A stretch of 64,000 nt of DNA from Akkermansia sp. (GCA_045641125.1 JAZUGI010000024.1:1487-65486), one strand, 5' to 3'. Positions 20,277 to 30,367 are shown, counted from the first letter of the stretch. Notes: generated from the sequence alone by a model not told the origin. Translations and numbers: made by a program.

Positions 20277-21496
20277 GGCTTCTTGCGGAGCACGGCCACG
20301 CACTCAAGGTGTTTGGTTTGCGGGAAGAGGTCGAACGGCTGCACCTCCTCCACCTCGTAGCCGGCCTTGTCGAACTCCACCAGGTCGCGTATCTGCGTGG
20401 CGGGGTTGCAGGAGACGTACACCACGCGCGCGGGGCCGAAGGCGAAGAGCTGGTCCAGGAAAACCTTGTCGCAGCCCTTGCGCGGGGGATCGATGACCAC
20501 GGCGGTCTCGTTTGCGGGGAAGTCCACCTGTTCGAAGATGGCCTCTGCACTGGCGGCCAGGAAGGAAGCGTGGGTGATTCCGTTGCTGCGGGCATTGGCG
20601 CGCGCCCAGTCCGCGCTGGTTTCGCTCACCTCCACGCCCAGCACCTTCTCGAAGCTCGGGGCGAGCGTGAGCGCAAACAACCCGCTGCCGCAGTAGGCAT
20701 CCACCAGGTAGCGCGTGCCGCCCTGGCATGCCTTTTCCGCCACGTAGCCCGTGAACAGCGGCAGGATGAACGGGTTGTTCTGGAAGAAATCACCCGCCAG
20801 GAAATTGAAGGTGAGCTCGCCCACGTGCTCGGTGCACACGGCGTTGTTGTTGGTAATGACGCTGCCCTCGCTCACGCGCATGAGCAGGGTGGCCCCGCGC
20901 TTGTACTGCGCGGCGGCCTGCTGCACGGATTTGCGCAGGGCGGGAAGCGCGGCGTTGATGGGGGCCATGGCGATGGGGCACTGCTTTACATCGCACACTT
21001 CGGAGCGGGAGCCCGCGCGCAGGAAACCGATGTTGCCCATCTTGGCCTCCTTCGGCTTGTGGAAGTGCGGGGTGATCTTGGAGCGGTAGGCGTATTCCTG
21101 CGGGGAGGCAATGGCGGGTTTCACCGCAGGCTCCAGCCCGGTTTGCAGGCGCAGCAGGTCCGCCACCTGGGCGGTCTTGTACTCCAGCTGGCGCGCGTAT
21201 TCCAAGTGCTGGTACTGGCAGCCGCCGCAGTAGCCGTACACCGGGCATACCGGCGCAATGCGGTGCGGGGAGGGCTCCAGCACCTCCACCAAGTCCGCGT
21301 GGGAGCAGTTTTTCTCATTGCGGTAAATACGCGCCTTCACGCGCTCTCCCGGCAGCGTGAACGGCACGAATACCACCCAGTTGTCAATGCGTCCCACGCC
21401 TTCTCCCTGGTTGGTGAGGTTGTCAATGACAAGCTCCACCTCCTGATGATAGGCAAAGGGCTCGGCCACAAATTTGCGGGGAGGGGTGTCTGTCAT
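20273..21496 (-). CDS. 23S rRNA (uracil-5)-methyltransferase, RlmD/RumA family
   Basis: An N-terminal TRAM domain, an Fe-S Cys cluster (CPVYGYCGGCQYQH), VDAYCGSGLF and the catalytic YVSCNP. Confidence 0.85.
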   Translation of the reverse strand: MTDTPPRKFVAEPFAYHQEVELVIDNLTNQGEGVGRIDNWVVFVPFTLPGERVKARIYRNEKNCSHADLVEVLEPSPHRIAPVCPVYGYCGGCQYQHLEYARQLEYKTAQVADLLRLQTGLEPAVKPAIASPQEYAYRSKITPHFHKPKEAKMGNIGFLRAGSRSEVCDVKQCPIAMAPINAALPALRKSVQQAAAQYKRGATLLMRVSEGSVITNNNAVCTEHVGELTFNFLAGDFFQNNPFILPLFTGYVAEKACQGGTRYLVDAYCGSGLFALTLAPSFEKVLGVEVSETSADWARANARSNGITHASFLAASAEAIFEQVDFPANETAVVIDPPRKGCDKVFLDQLFAFGPARVVYVSCNPATQIRDLVEFDKAGYEVEEVQPFDLFPQTKHLECVAVLRKKP

Positions 21497-22179
21497 CTCT
21501 TGTCTGTGGTGAGTTTTCCGTTAATGTCCATGGGAAGGGTCTCCGGCAGGGAAATGGAGCGCAGCCCCTTCATTTCCGCGGAATTGGGCTTGGGCGCATC
21601 CGGCTTGGCATCTGTGCTCAGGGCCTCTTCCGGCGGGGCGAGGTTGCGGATGCGCAGCCCCGGTGCCGCCGGCAGCGAGCTGCCGTTGCCCAGGGTGGAT
21701 GTACCCATGCCTGCCGAAAGCTCTGGCCCGAACTGCGGCAGCCCCATGGTGAGCGGCCCGTTTTGCGCGCCTTGCACGGATATTTCCTGCTTGGCCGGTT
21801 CGGGGATGGCGGCATCCGCCCCCTGTTCCGCCAGCAGCTTGAGCGCGGCCTCCTGCTGTTCAGGGGAAGGCATCACTCCGTCAGCACCTGCCGTCTGGGA
21901 GTCGGTTCCCGCAATGCCCTCCGCGGGGCCGTCCTGGGAGCCGGAGCCGAAAAGGCGGGAGAAGAAGCGGCCGATGAGGGTGGAGTTTTTCATTCCTTCC
22001 TCCAGCTCGGCCTGCTTGGCGGCGGCTGCAGCCTCTGCCTCCGCCGTGGTGGCGGGAGCAGCCACCTGCGCGGGGTCCGGTTGGGGCGCAGCCTTGCCTG
22101 CGCGTGTGGACGTACACGCGCACAGGGAGAGCACCGCCGCCAGTGCGGCTGCCTTCGTCAAAGCCTTCATCACGCGCAT
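21493..22179 (-). CDS. lipoprotein, Ala/Pro/Gln-rich, function unknown
   Basis: MRVMKALTKAAALAAVLSLCAC lipobox followed by a low-complexity secreted region. Confidence 0.5.
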   Translation of the reverse strand: MRVMKALTKAAALAAVLSLCACTSTRAGKAAPQPDPAQVAAPATTAEAEAAAAAKQAELEEGMKNSTLIGRFFSRLFGSGSQDGPAEGIAGTDSQTAGADGVMPSPEQQEAALKLLAEQGADAAIPEPAKQEISVQGAQNGPLTMGLPQFGPELSAGMGTSTLGNGSSLPAAPGLRIRNLAPPEEALSTDAKPDAPKPNSAEMKGLRSISLPETLPMDINGKLTTDKR

Positions 22180-22332
22180 GCTACCATTTATTTTGCGCGC
22201 TGGCAAGCATTTGTCGGGTATGCCCCTGCGTCATCATGACTCATTTTTTCGGCAATTCTTGCCAATTCGCTTGACAATCGGTCTGAATTGTGTAAACTCT
22301 CGCTCACCAAACGAAAACCATTTATCACCATT

Positions 22333-22596
22333 ATGGCTCATACACTCTCCGCTAAGAAGCGCATCCGCCAGACCGCAACCCGCACTGCGGCCAATCGTTC
22401 CGCCATGTCCCGCGTCCGCACCCTCCGCAAGAAGGTGGACGCCGCCGTTGCCGGCAAGGACAAGGAGGCAGCCGCCACCGCCTACAACAACTTCGCCTCT
22501 GCCATCGACAAGGCTGCGAAGCGCGGCACCGTGCCGGCCAACCGTGCAGCCAACTACAAGAGCAAGGCTGCCAAGGCTATCGCCTCCATCGCCTAA
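22333..22596 (+). CDS. rpsT: 30S ribosomal protein S20
   Basis: MAHTLSAKKRIRQTATRTAANRS... is a canonical S20 N-terminus. Start is ATG at 22333. Confidence 0.9.
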   Translation: MAHTLSAKKRIRQTATRTAANRSAMSRVRTLRKKVDAAVAGKDKEAAATAYNNFASAIDKAAKRGTVPANRAANYKSKAAKAIASIA

Positions 22597-22618
22597 GTTC
22601 CCTTTCGGTTTTTGTTTG

Positions 22619-22668
22619 GGGCGGGGCATCGGCAGCAATCCGGTGCCCCGCCTTCCTTTTTTTCTTTT
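22619..22668 (+). terminator. rho-independent terminator after rpsT
   Basis: GGCGGGGCA...TGCCCCGCC is a 9-bp GC stem followed by a long T-rich run. Confidence 0.6.
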
Positions 22669-22681
22669 CCCCGCCCACACT

Positions 22682-22903
22682 ATGCAGCCGGATTTCAAGG
22701 AGATTGCCACCACCGTGGCCAACGATCCCGCCAGCTACAAAATCTGCACCGTCTGCGGCGCCGTGGTGGACCGCGATGCCGTGTGCTGCCCGGACTGCAC
22801 CGCCTACCGCTTTGATACCGACCCCGAGCACGTTCTCAACCGTGCCCTGGATCTCGGCTCCAAGCCCCGCAGCAGCGTCACCCACCTGGATATGGTGGAA
22901 TAG
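22682..22903 (+). CDS. small zinc-ribbon protein
   Basis: 73 aa with CTVCG...CCPDC (two CxxC pairs). It ends in TAG. Reading through that TAG would run far into antisense of the next gene, so TAG is a real stop here. Confidence 0.45.
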   Translation: MQPDFKEIATTVANDPASYKICTVCGAVVDRDAVCCPDCTAYRFDTDPEHVLNRALDLGSKPRSSVTHLDMVE

Positions 22904-22957
22904 GCACGCAGTTTCTGCCCTGTTTGCATTTTTTGCGTTTTTACGCAAAAGCGGCGC

Positions 22958-24256
22958 TCATTTGTCCGGGTAGAGGAGGCGCAGATCCTTTTGGAAATCC
23001 GCGAAAGGCCGTTTGGGGCTGCCCCAGGCGCGTTCCGAAAGGGCGGCGGCACGCGGGAAAGCCATGTGGAAAAGGCGTTGCGGGGTGGTGATGTGCTCTG
23101 TCCAGAGATTGGCCTGAATGCCGTGGATGTTGCCTTGCGGCACGGTGTATTCAAAGACCTTTTGCAGGGTGATGACCGCCGGTACGGAACCGGGGTCGTC
23201 CTCCGTGGGGCGGTAGTCGAAATAGAAGTGGGAACAGGGGCAGAGGATGAGCGGCGCGCCGGAATGAAAAAGTGTTTCCGTGCCGGAAGCGTGCCACACC
23301 ATGGTGGTTTGGCGCTGCACGCCGTTGGTGGCGGCCTCATCCCATACAATGGCCTCGCGCCCGTGCTCGCGGCAGAAATCCACGAGCCTCTGCATCCAGT
23401 CCCGCTGCTGTTCCCGCGTGGCGAACTGCGGCAGCACCTCGTCCCCGCCCAGGTGCAGGGGCGTGTCCGCCGGGAAAAGCTGCATGAGCTCGGTGAGTAC
23501 ATCCTTGGCGAACTCCAGGGAGCGCGGGTTGGCCACATCCAGCACATCTCCGCCGCGCAGGCCCATTTGCGGAAAATCCGCGCGGCCAATTTCCGGGTAG
23601 GCGGCAATGGCGGCGTAGGAGTGGCCGGGCATGTCGATTTCAGGCACAATCATGATACCGCGCCCGCGGGCGTACTGCACCAGTTCGCGCATCTGGTCCT
23701 GCGTGTAGAAACCGCCCTCCACCTTGGGATGGTTGGGGCCTATCTTGATGGAGGGCCACTCCCAGTCCTCCACGCCCAAATCCTTGCGCCAGGCGGCAAA
23801 TTCCGTGAGCCGCGGGTATTTCTTGATTTCAATGCGCCAGCCCGGGCCATCCGTGAGATGCAGGTGCAGGCGGTTGAGCTTGAGCTCCGCCATGCGGTCG
23901 ATGTATTCCCGCACCACCTCCGGCGGGAAGAAGTGGCGGGAAACATCCAGGTGCAGCCCGCGCCAGGCGTGGCGCGGGTAGTCGCACACGGCCACGTAGG
24001 GCGGCGGGGTGCCGCCGTTCTCGCGCACCAGCGCGGCTGCGGTGAGCAGGGCGTAGCGCCGCCCGGCGGCATCGCGCGCGTTCACCTCCCATTCGCCTTT
24101 CTGCGCGCTGTAGCGCAGGGTGTACGCGCCCTCCACCTGTGGCAGAGCAGGCGAAGGTTCTGCCGGGTTGCCGCTGATATGCTGCGGCGCGGGGATGACG
24201 CCCTGCGCCGCGGTGGTGAGCATTCCTGCAAGCGACAGCAAGGGGAGCAGTCTCAT
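22958..24256 (-). CDS. beta-N-acetylhexosaminidase (GH20)
   Basis: Start MRLLPLLSLAG (signal peptide) at 24256. It has HLHLTDGPGWRIEIKKYPRLTE, MPGH and HLGGDEV catalytic motifs. Confidence 0.85.
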   Translation of the reverse strand: MRLLPLLSLAGMLTTAAQGVIPAPQHISGNPAEPSPALPQVEGAYTLRYSAQKGEWEVNARDAAGRRYALLTAAALVRENGGTPPPYVAVCDYPRHAWRGLHLDVSRHFFPPEVVREYIDRMAELKLNRLHLHLTDGPGWRIEIKKYPRLTEFAAWRKDLGVEDWEWPSIKIGPNHPKVEGGFYTQDQMRELVQYARGRGIMIVPEIDMPGHSYAAIAAYPEIGRADFPQMGLRGGDVLDVANPRSLEFAKDVLTELMQLFPADTPLHLGGDEVLPQFATREQQRDWMQRLVDFCREHGREAIVWDEAATNGVQRQTTMVWHASGTETLFHSGAPLILCPCSHFYFDYRPTEDDPGSVPAVITLQKVFEYTVPQGNIHGIQANLWTEHITTPQRLFHMAFPRAAALSERAWGSPKRPFADFQKDLRLLYPDK

Positions 24257-26343
24257 GACAGCACTTTGAGCAGGCGTTTCACCGGCAGCCCCACCACGTT
24301 GTCCACATCGCCCTCCACCTTTTCCACAATCAGCTCGCTCTTCTCCTGCATGGCGTAGGCGCCGGCCTTGTCCAGCACATACACCTTGCGTATGTATTCG
24401 CGGATGTCCTGCTCGCTCATCTTGCGGAAGGTCACATAGCTCTTTTCCGTGAAGTCGCGGCGCTCGCCACCGGGCATGATGACGGCCACGGCGGTGCACA
24501 CGCAGTGGGTGCGGCCCTGCAGCTCGGTGAGCATGCGTACAGCGTCCGCCTCATCGGCCGGCTTGCCGTAGGATTTGCCGTCCAAGAACACCATGGTGTC
24601 CGCGCCCACGATGGTATCCTGCGGGAAATCGTGGGCCACGGCCTCTGCCTTGAGCGCGGCGTTGCGGGCGCAGAGCTTTTCCGGGGAAAGGGTGGAATCG
24701 TTGATTTCCTGGACCTGGCGCACCACCACCAGGAAATCCACGCCCTCCCGCTGCAGCAGGCTGTGGCGGCGCGGGGAGGCGGAGGCGAGGATGAGGCGCT
24801 CGGAGTCCCGCAACACGTGGTGCCCGCCCACCTGCAGCTCGCGGATGCCCTGAATGGTGGTGCCGAGCAGGCCCTGCACGGCATCCATGAACGTGTGGTG
24901 GTAGCCCTCGCTGTGGAAATCCAAGCCTACGAGGGCGCGGCCCACGGACTCGCCGGAGTAGCGGTAGTCGAAATAGCAGAGGGAGGCGAATTTATTCACG
25001 TGGCTGATGAATTCGTTGAACGCGCCCGGGCGTTCCGGGAACTCCACGGCGTAGATGGCCGGGTGTTTCATGCTCGCACGGTCATAGCTGATCATGCGGA
25101 AGCGCACACCCACGTCCTGCGAGGCATCGATGGGATGGAATCCCTTTTCCTCCAGCCGGTTGTAGATTTCCGCAAATTCGGCGTCCGTGGTGAGCAGGCC
25201 GAACACGGGGTACTGGGTATCACCGTTGATGCGCCCGAACTGCAAATCCGTGATGAGCACCTTGGCCGGAATATCGTCGCGGTAGTGGCGGATGTCCCAG
25301 CTCTCCGTGGCCACGGCCAGGCGCAGGTAGCGTTCCTTGCGGTTGAAGTCCTGCACGCCGGCCAGGCGCGAGACGGCGCCCAGTTGGGAGAAATCCATGT
25401 TGCCGCCGGAAATGACCACCAGGCAGCGATCGTCTTCGGAGATGCGCCCGGCCTCCCAATCCTGCATGAGCGCGGCAAGGCCCATGGCACCGGAGGGTTC
25501 TGGTATCACGCGCAGGGAGTTCCACAGCGCGCGCATGGCGCGGCACACCTCATCGTTGGTCACGGTCAGGAACCCGTCCATCAGCTCCTTGCAGAGCGGG
25601 TAGGTGTACTCGCCGGCCTGGCGCACCGCCGTGCCGTCGCAGAATACATCGATATCATGCAGCACCACGCGCTCTCCGGTTTCCACGGCTTTCTTCATGG
25701 ATGCCTGGGTGGTGCCCTCCACGCCTATGCACTTGCATTCCGGCCAGTACTTCTTGAACCAGCACGCGCATGCCGATGCCAGTCCACCGCCGCCTATCTG
25801 CAGGTACACGCGGGAAAAACGCCCTTGCCCGCTCATCACCACCTCGTCCGCCAGCGTGCCTTGCCCGCCCATTGTCGCAGGGTCGTCGTACGCATGCACG
25901 AAGGTGAGCCCCTTTTCATCGGCAAACTCGTGGGCGGCTGCGGCTGCGGCATCATAGGAATCGCCGGTGAGCACAATCTTCACGTGCTCACCGCCGTGGC
26001 GGCGCACGGCATCCTGCTTCACGGTGGGGGTGGAGCGGGGCATGTAGACATAGGCGTTGCAGCCGAGCTTGGAGGCGGCGAGCGCCACGCCCTGCCCGTG
26101 GTTGCCAGCGCTGGCGGCCACCACGCCCTTGGCGCGCTGCTCCGGGGAGAGCTTGCACATGCAGTTGTACGCGCCGCGCCACTTGTAGGCGTTGATGGGA
26201 CCCAAGTCCTCTCGCTTGGCGAAAATGGTCACGGGAATGTGCGGCAGCTCCACCCGCTGCAAGGGTGTGGGGCTTCCCACCGCATACACGCGCTGCCGCG
26301 CCTCCAGTATCTCATCGAACAATCTGTCTCGGAGCTCGCTCAT
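24253..26343 (-). CDS. ilvA: threonine ammonia-lyase (IlvA-like, with regulatory domains) fused to a C-terminal Maf-like nucleotide pyrophosphatase
   Basis: The N-terminal PLP fold (FAKREDLGPINAYKWRG, ASAGNHGQGVA) is followed by ACT-like repeats. The C-terminal ~190 aa (LILASASPRRHSLL...GADTMVFLDG...DKAGAYAMQ) are Maf motifs. Confidence 0.8.
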   Translation of the reverse strand: MSELRDRLFDEILEARQRVYAVGSPTPLQRVELPHIPVTIFAKREDLGPINAYKWRGAYNCMCKLSPEQRAKGVVAASAGNHGQGVALAASKLGCNAYVYMPRSTPTVKQDAVRRHGGEHVKIVLTGDSYDAAAAAAHEFADEKGLTFVHAYDDPATMGGQGTLADEVVMSGQGRFSRVYLQIGGGGLASACACWFKKYWPECKCIGVEGTTQASMKKAVETGERVVLHDIDVFCDGTAVRQAGEYTYPLCKELMDGFLTVTNDEVCRAMRALWNSLRVIPEPSGAMGLAALMQDWEAGRISEDDRCLVVISGGNMDFSQLGAVSRLAGVQDFNRKERYLRLAVATESWDIRHYRDDIPAKVLITDLQFGRINGDTQYPVFGLLTTDAEFAEIYNRLEEKGFHPIDASQDVGVRFRMISYDRASMKHPAIYAVEFPERPGAFNEFISHVNKFASLCYFDYRYSGESVGRALVGLDFHSEGYHHTFMDAVQGLLGTTIQGIRELQVGGHHVLRDSERLILASASPRRHSLLQREGVDFLVVVRQVQEINDSTLSPEKLCARNAALKAEAVAHDFPQDTIVGADTMVFLDGKSYGKPADEADAVRMLTELQGRTHCVCTAVAVIMPGGERRDFTEKSYVTFRKMSEQDIREYIRKVYVLDKAGAYAMQEKSELIVEKVEGDVDNVVGLPVKRLLKVLS

Positions 26344-26451
26344 GGTATCTGGCGGATATTATACACACCCGCGCGTTTTTTTCAAGGGAACATACCGCAC
26401 GGCACCGCTTTGCACTTGAACATTCCGGTGGGCGGGTGTATAAGGGCGCGC

Positions 26452-27807
26452 ATGAATACATCCGTCCGCACGCGCTTTGCCCCATCCCCCACCGGATACC
26501 TCCACATCGGCGGTGCCCGCACCGCCCTGTTCAACTACCTGTTTGCCCGCAAGATGGGCGGCACCTTTGTGCTGCGTATCGAGGACACGGACCAGGAGCG
26601 CCACGTGGAGGACGCCATGAAGGCCATCTTCACCGGCATGAGCTGGCTCGGCCTGGATTGGGACGAGGGCGAGGGCAAGGGCGGCCCCTACGAGCCGTAT
26701 TTCCAGAGCCAGCGCGGCGATATCTACGACCGCTACTTCCAGAAGCTGGTGGACATGGGCCGTGTGTACGAGTGCCCCGCCCCCAACAAGCGCGACAAGA
26801 ACGGCGACGAAATCCCCGGCACCAGCGAGGGCACGGTCTGGCGCTTCCGTTTCAAGCGCGAGGGCGTGATGACCCTGCACGACTTGGTGTGCGGCGATAT
26901 CTCCGTGGACTATACCAACGAGGAGAACACGCCGGACATGGTGGTGAAGCGCACGGACGGCTCCTACATTTTCCACTTGGTGAACGTGGTGGACGACATC
27001 GAGATGAAAATCACCCACGTCATCCGCGGCGAGGACCATGTGATGAACACCTTCAAGCACCTGCAGCTCTTCGAGGCCTTCGGCGTGGAGCCGCCGGTGT
27101 ACGCGCACATTCCCCTCATCCAGAACCCGGACGGCTCCAAGATGAGCAAGCGCGATGTGGGCGCGCAGCTCGGCAACTACCCGGACGAGGGCTTTCTGCC
27201 GGATGCCGTCATCAACTTCATTGCCCTGCTGGGCTGGAGCCCCAAGACGGAGGATGAGGTCTTCTCCAAGGAGCAGCTGATAGAGGCATTCTCCATGGAG
27301 AACGTCAACCGCCATGCCGCCAAGTTTGACATCACCAAGTGCCGCTGGATGAACCAGCAGCACATCATGCGCCTGGACCCCGCCAAGTTCACCGAGCTGG
27401 CCGTGCCCTTCTGCGTGAAGGCCGGCCTGCAGGACACCCCGCAGCTGCGGGAGGCCATTCCCAGCGTGCAGACCAAGGTGCAGCTGCTCAGCGAGGTCCC
27501 CGCCTGGGTGAAGTGGGTGCAGGTGCTGGAGTATGAGGAGGAGCCCATGCAGAAGCTCCAGGAGAACGCGCGGGAGATGCTGAACCTCTTTGCAGAGGCC
27601 GCCGCCGCGCTGCCGGAGTGGAACGGCGAGGCCGCCATGCAGCTGGTGAAGCCCATGACCAAGGAGCGCGGGGTCAAGGTGGGAGCCATGATGTTCCCGC
27701 TGCGCATCGCCCTTACCGGCACGCACGCCGGACCCGGCATTGATGCCATTATGCAGGTGCTCGGGAGGGAAGAGGTGCTGCGCCGCATCAGCGTCTTCCC
27801 CTGCTGA
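26452..27807 (+). CDS. gltX: glutamate--tRNA ligase
   Basis: VRTRFAPSPTGYLHIGGARTALFN (HIGH) and KMSKRD (KMSKS). Only the part from ATG 26452 of the 1100-aa track ORF is real. Confidence 0.9.
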   Translation: MNTSVRTRFAPSPTGYLHIGGARTALFNYLFARKMGGTFVLRIEDTDQERHVEDAMKAIFTGMSWLGLDWDEGEGKGGPYEPYFQSQRGDIYDRYFQKLVDMGRVYECPAPNKRDKNGDEIPGTSEGTVWRFRFKREGVMTLHDLVCGDISVDYTNEENTPDMVVKRTDGSYIFHLVNVVDDIEMKITHVIRGEDHVMNTFKHLQLFEAFGVEPPVYAHIPLIQNPDGSKMSKRDVGAQLGNYPDEGFLPDAVINFIALLGWSPKTEDEVFSKEQLIEAFSMENVNRHAAKFDITKCRWMNQQHIMRLDPAKFTELAVPFCVKAGLQDTPQLREAIPSVQTKVQLLSEVPAWVKWVQVLEYEEEPMQKLQENAREMLNLFAEAAAALPEWNGEAAMQLVKPMTKERGVKVGAMMFPLRIALTGTHAGPGIDAIMQVLGREEVLRRISVFPC

Positions 27808-27836
27808 GAAAGTTTTTCCCCATTCCATCCCGCACC

Positions 27837-28811
27837 ATGCGCACCATCGATTTCGATTACCCGCTGCCGGAGGAGCTGATTGCATCACGCCCCCTGCCGG
27901 ACCGCTCCGCGTCCCGCATGATTGTGGTGCACCGTGATACCGGGCTCATCGAGCACCGCCACTTCGCGGATATTTTGGAGTATGTGCAGCCGGGCGACCA
28001 CTTCGTGATGAACGACACGCGCGTGGTGCCGGCCCGCTATTTCAGCAACGACGGCAAGATTGAGCTGGTGCGCGCCGGTATCTCCGATGAGCTGGTGTGG
28101 AAATGCCTGGTGCGCCCCGGCAAGAAGATGCGCCTGGGTGCCACCGTGCAGGTGGGAGATGCCACCGGCCGTGTGGAGCTCATCGATGAGGAGGGGTACC
28201 GCTACATCCACTGGGACAAGCAGGTGGGAGACGAGTACGGACGCCTGGCGCTCCCCCACTACATGAACCGCGAGAGCGACCCCGACGACCGCGAGCGCTA
28301 CCAGACCGTGTACGCCGCGCACGAGGGCGCCATTGCCGCCCCCACCGCCGGGCTCCACTTCACCCCGGAAATCCTGGCCGCCGTGCCGCACAGCTTCGTT
28401 ACCCTGCATGTGGGCGTGGGCACCTTCCGCCCCGTGAAGGTGGACAACGTGGAGGACCACCACATGCACACGGAGGTTTTCTACATGCCGCAGGAAACTG
28501 CGGATGCCATTGAGGCCGCCAAGCGCGTGGTGGCCGTGGGCACCACCAGCGTGCGCGTGATAGAGACCCTGGCCGCGCGCCACGGCCGCCCGCTGCCCGC
28601 CGGCCCGGGGGAAACCAACATCTTCATCTACCCCGGTTTCGAGTACAAGGTGACGGATGCCCTGCTCACCAATTTCCACCTGCCGCAGAGCACGCTCATC
28701 ATGCTGGTGTGTGCCTTTGCCGGCAAGGACCTCATCATGGAGGCCTACCGCCAGGCCGTGGAAATGCGCTACCGCTTCTTCTCCTACGGGGATTGCATGC
28801 TCATCTTGTAA
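27837..28811 (+). CDS. queA: S-adenosylmethionine:tRNA ribosyltransferase-isomerase
   Basis: FDYPLPEELIASRP, APTAGLHFT, VTLHVGVGTF and VGTTSVR motifs. Confidence 0.9.
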   Translation: MRTIDFDYPLPEELIASRPLPDRSASRMIVVHRDTGLIEHRHFADILEYVQPGDHFVMNDTRVVPARYFSNDGKIELVRAGISDELVWKCLVRPGKKMRLGATVQVGDATGRVELIDEEGYRYIHWDKQVGDEYGRLALPHYMNRESDPDDRERYQTVYAAHEGAIAAPTAGLHFTPEILAAVPHSFVTLHVGVGTFRPVKVDNVEDHHMHTEVFYMPQETADAIEAAKRVVAVGTTSVRVIETLAARHGRPLPAGPGETNIFIYPGFEYKVTDALLTNFHLPQSTLIMLVCAFAGKDLIMEAYRQAVEMRYRFFSYGDCMLIL

Positions 28812-28876
28812 GTGTTGCGCGGTGCCGTTAGTTTTTTGTCTTGCGGGGCGGCGGCAGCGGGAGTAGAATCCACGGG

Positions 28877-29257
28877 ATGAAGCGAATCCCCTCCCTTGTT
28901 GCCGCAGCGGCGTTTTTGGCATCCTGCCAGAACATGCCGCCCAAGGATTTCACGGTACACACCCAGCCGGAGGGCGCGCACATCACCATCAACGGGCAGG
29001 AGGTGGGAACCAGCCCCGTCACCACACAGGTGGAGCAGACCAAGGACCTGGGCATCATTGCCCAAAAGCCCGGCTACGAGCTGGCTGCAACCACCGTGTA
29101 CACCAAAAGCGGCCCCGTGCGCTCCTTCCTGTGGAGCAAGTGGTCCAGCAAGTCCCAGTACATTGAGGAGAACGAGGTGAATTTGCCGCTGCGCAAGCTT
29201 GCGGAGCCGCAGGATTTCAAGCCCACGCAGCTGCCGCCCTTTGAGATGCCGCAGTAG
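28877..29257 (+). CDS. PEGA-domain-like lipoprotein
   Basis: MKRIPSLVAAAAFLASC lipobox and PEGAHITINGQEVGTSP. It ends in TAG. Confidence 0.6.
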   Translation: MKRIPSLVAAAAFLASCQNMPPKDFTVHTQPEGAHITINGQEVGTSPVTTQVEQTKDLGIIAQKPGYELAATTVYTKSGPVRSFLWSKWSSKSQYIEENEVNLPLRKLAEPQDFKPTQLPPFEMPQ

Positions 29258-29501
29258 CATTTCCCCGCGCCGGATTTGTTGGCCCGCGCAGCGCCGTGCC
29301 GCCCCCGGGTAGGTGTAGCGCGGCATGCGGGCATGGTGGCGCGCCGGCCTGTTTTGTGTTTTGCTCTCATGCGGCAAGAGCTCACGGCCCCATGAGAATT
29401 CTTCTGAACCACGGTGCCGCAGCCATGCGGCCGGACCCCGCCCGTGCGGGTAATCACCATGCCGATTTGCTGCAACCCAAACAACAACACATACATATTC
29501 T

Positions 29502-29762
29502 ATGGCTGATATCGAAAACAACTATCAAATCAAGTACAGTGAGAAGTGGGGCTCCTTCCTGCAGCAGGAGGCTTCCCGTCTCGACAAATACGTCACCGTG
29601 GAAACCGGGCTCTCCGGCAAGATGGTGGCCATGGACCAGTACGGCCTGCTCTCCTTCACGGAAAAGCAGAGCCGCATGCAGTCCACCCAGGTGGCGGAGG
29701 CGCCCACCGTGCGCCGCGTCATGTATCCCCATATCTACACCAAGGCGGTGGGGTTTAGTTAA
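29502..29762 (+). pseudogene. 5' fragment (84 native codons) of a host ORF split by prophage insertion
   Basis: It has GC-rich, host-like composition. The reading frame ...YTKAVG(F) enters the att core at 29745-29752 and then stops in phage DNA (..FS*). It continues in the same frame at 60959. A possible phage-capsid-like family is only a weak impression. Confidence 0.7.
29738..29756. repeat. attL (imperfect direct repeat, core GCGGTGGG)
   Basis: CACCAAGGCGGTGGGGTTT here versus CACTAATGCGGTGGGCTTC at 60952-60970. Identity is 15/19 with an identical 8-bp core. An abrupt composition change occurs right after it. Confidence 0.7.
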
Positions 29763-29836
29763 TATGACGGTAACGCACTGATATAGCGTAGTCTTTAAAG
29801 GCGTGAAATGCCGTGTTGCAATTTTTCTTGCAAAAT

Positions 29837-30367
29837 TCAGTCGCAATTTGCAGCCGCTTTAGCCGCTCTGCTCCTTTTTACCGCCTCACCAATCTTGCGG
29901 CGCGTTTCCTCCGAGCGTGTGTAAAGACCTTTCGTTCCCTTGTTCCAAGGCGTGCAACCTTGTTTCGCCTTACTCATCTTTTGACGAGTCTCCTTTGATT
30001 TCGGTCGCTTGATTCCTTTATTTGACTCACTGATTTTTTTCTTCGTTTCCTAGGAGCGGTGTTGTCCAAGGATTGTAACACCACCCCTCGCGCCGAGTGC
30101 AAGGTTCACGCAAAGTTTGCCATATCGATTTTTCGCGTCCTCGATAAATTCCTTTTCCAGCTTGTCTATCACTTCTTGATTGTGCGCTACCGCAAGAATT
30201 GACTTCTCACACTCATCGGGGTGTTGTTTGTAGATACGCTTCCATATTTTGCCCGAGCCTGTGTATTTCGTGTCGAGGCAAGGGCAAAGACACTTACTCG
30301 GCAACTTATGCTGACCGATATACACCCTGCCAGTCGGCACGTGAGTCATTTTGTAGATATAGAACAC
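29837..30367 (-). CDS. GIY-YIG homing-endonuclease-like protein with NUMOD3 repeats (1 in-frame TAG)
   Basis: N-terminal FYIYKMTHVPTGRVYIGQH (GIY-YIG). The track ORF stops at TAG 30050-30052. Read-through adds 70 aa with NUMOD3-type repeats (ETKKKISESNKG, SKETRQKMSKAKQG, SEETRRKIGEA) and ends at TGA 29837. Confidence 0.8.

Noticed and set aside
26452-28811. The proximity of gltX and queA (tRNA-related genes) to the recoded prophage, as a possible functional link to TAG-to-Gln decoding.
   Set aside because: Both look like ordinary housekeeping genes with host composition, and they lie outside the att sites. The adjacency is most simply coincidental. There is no evidence in the sequence for a link.
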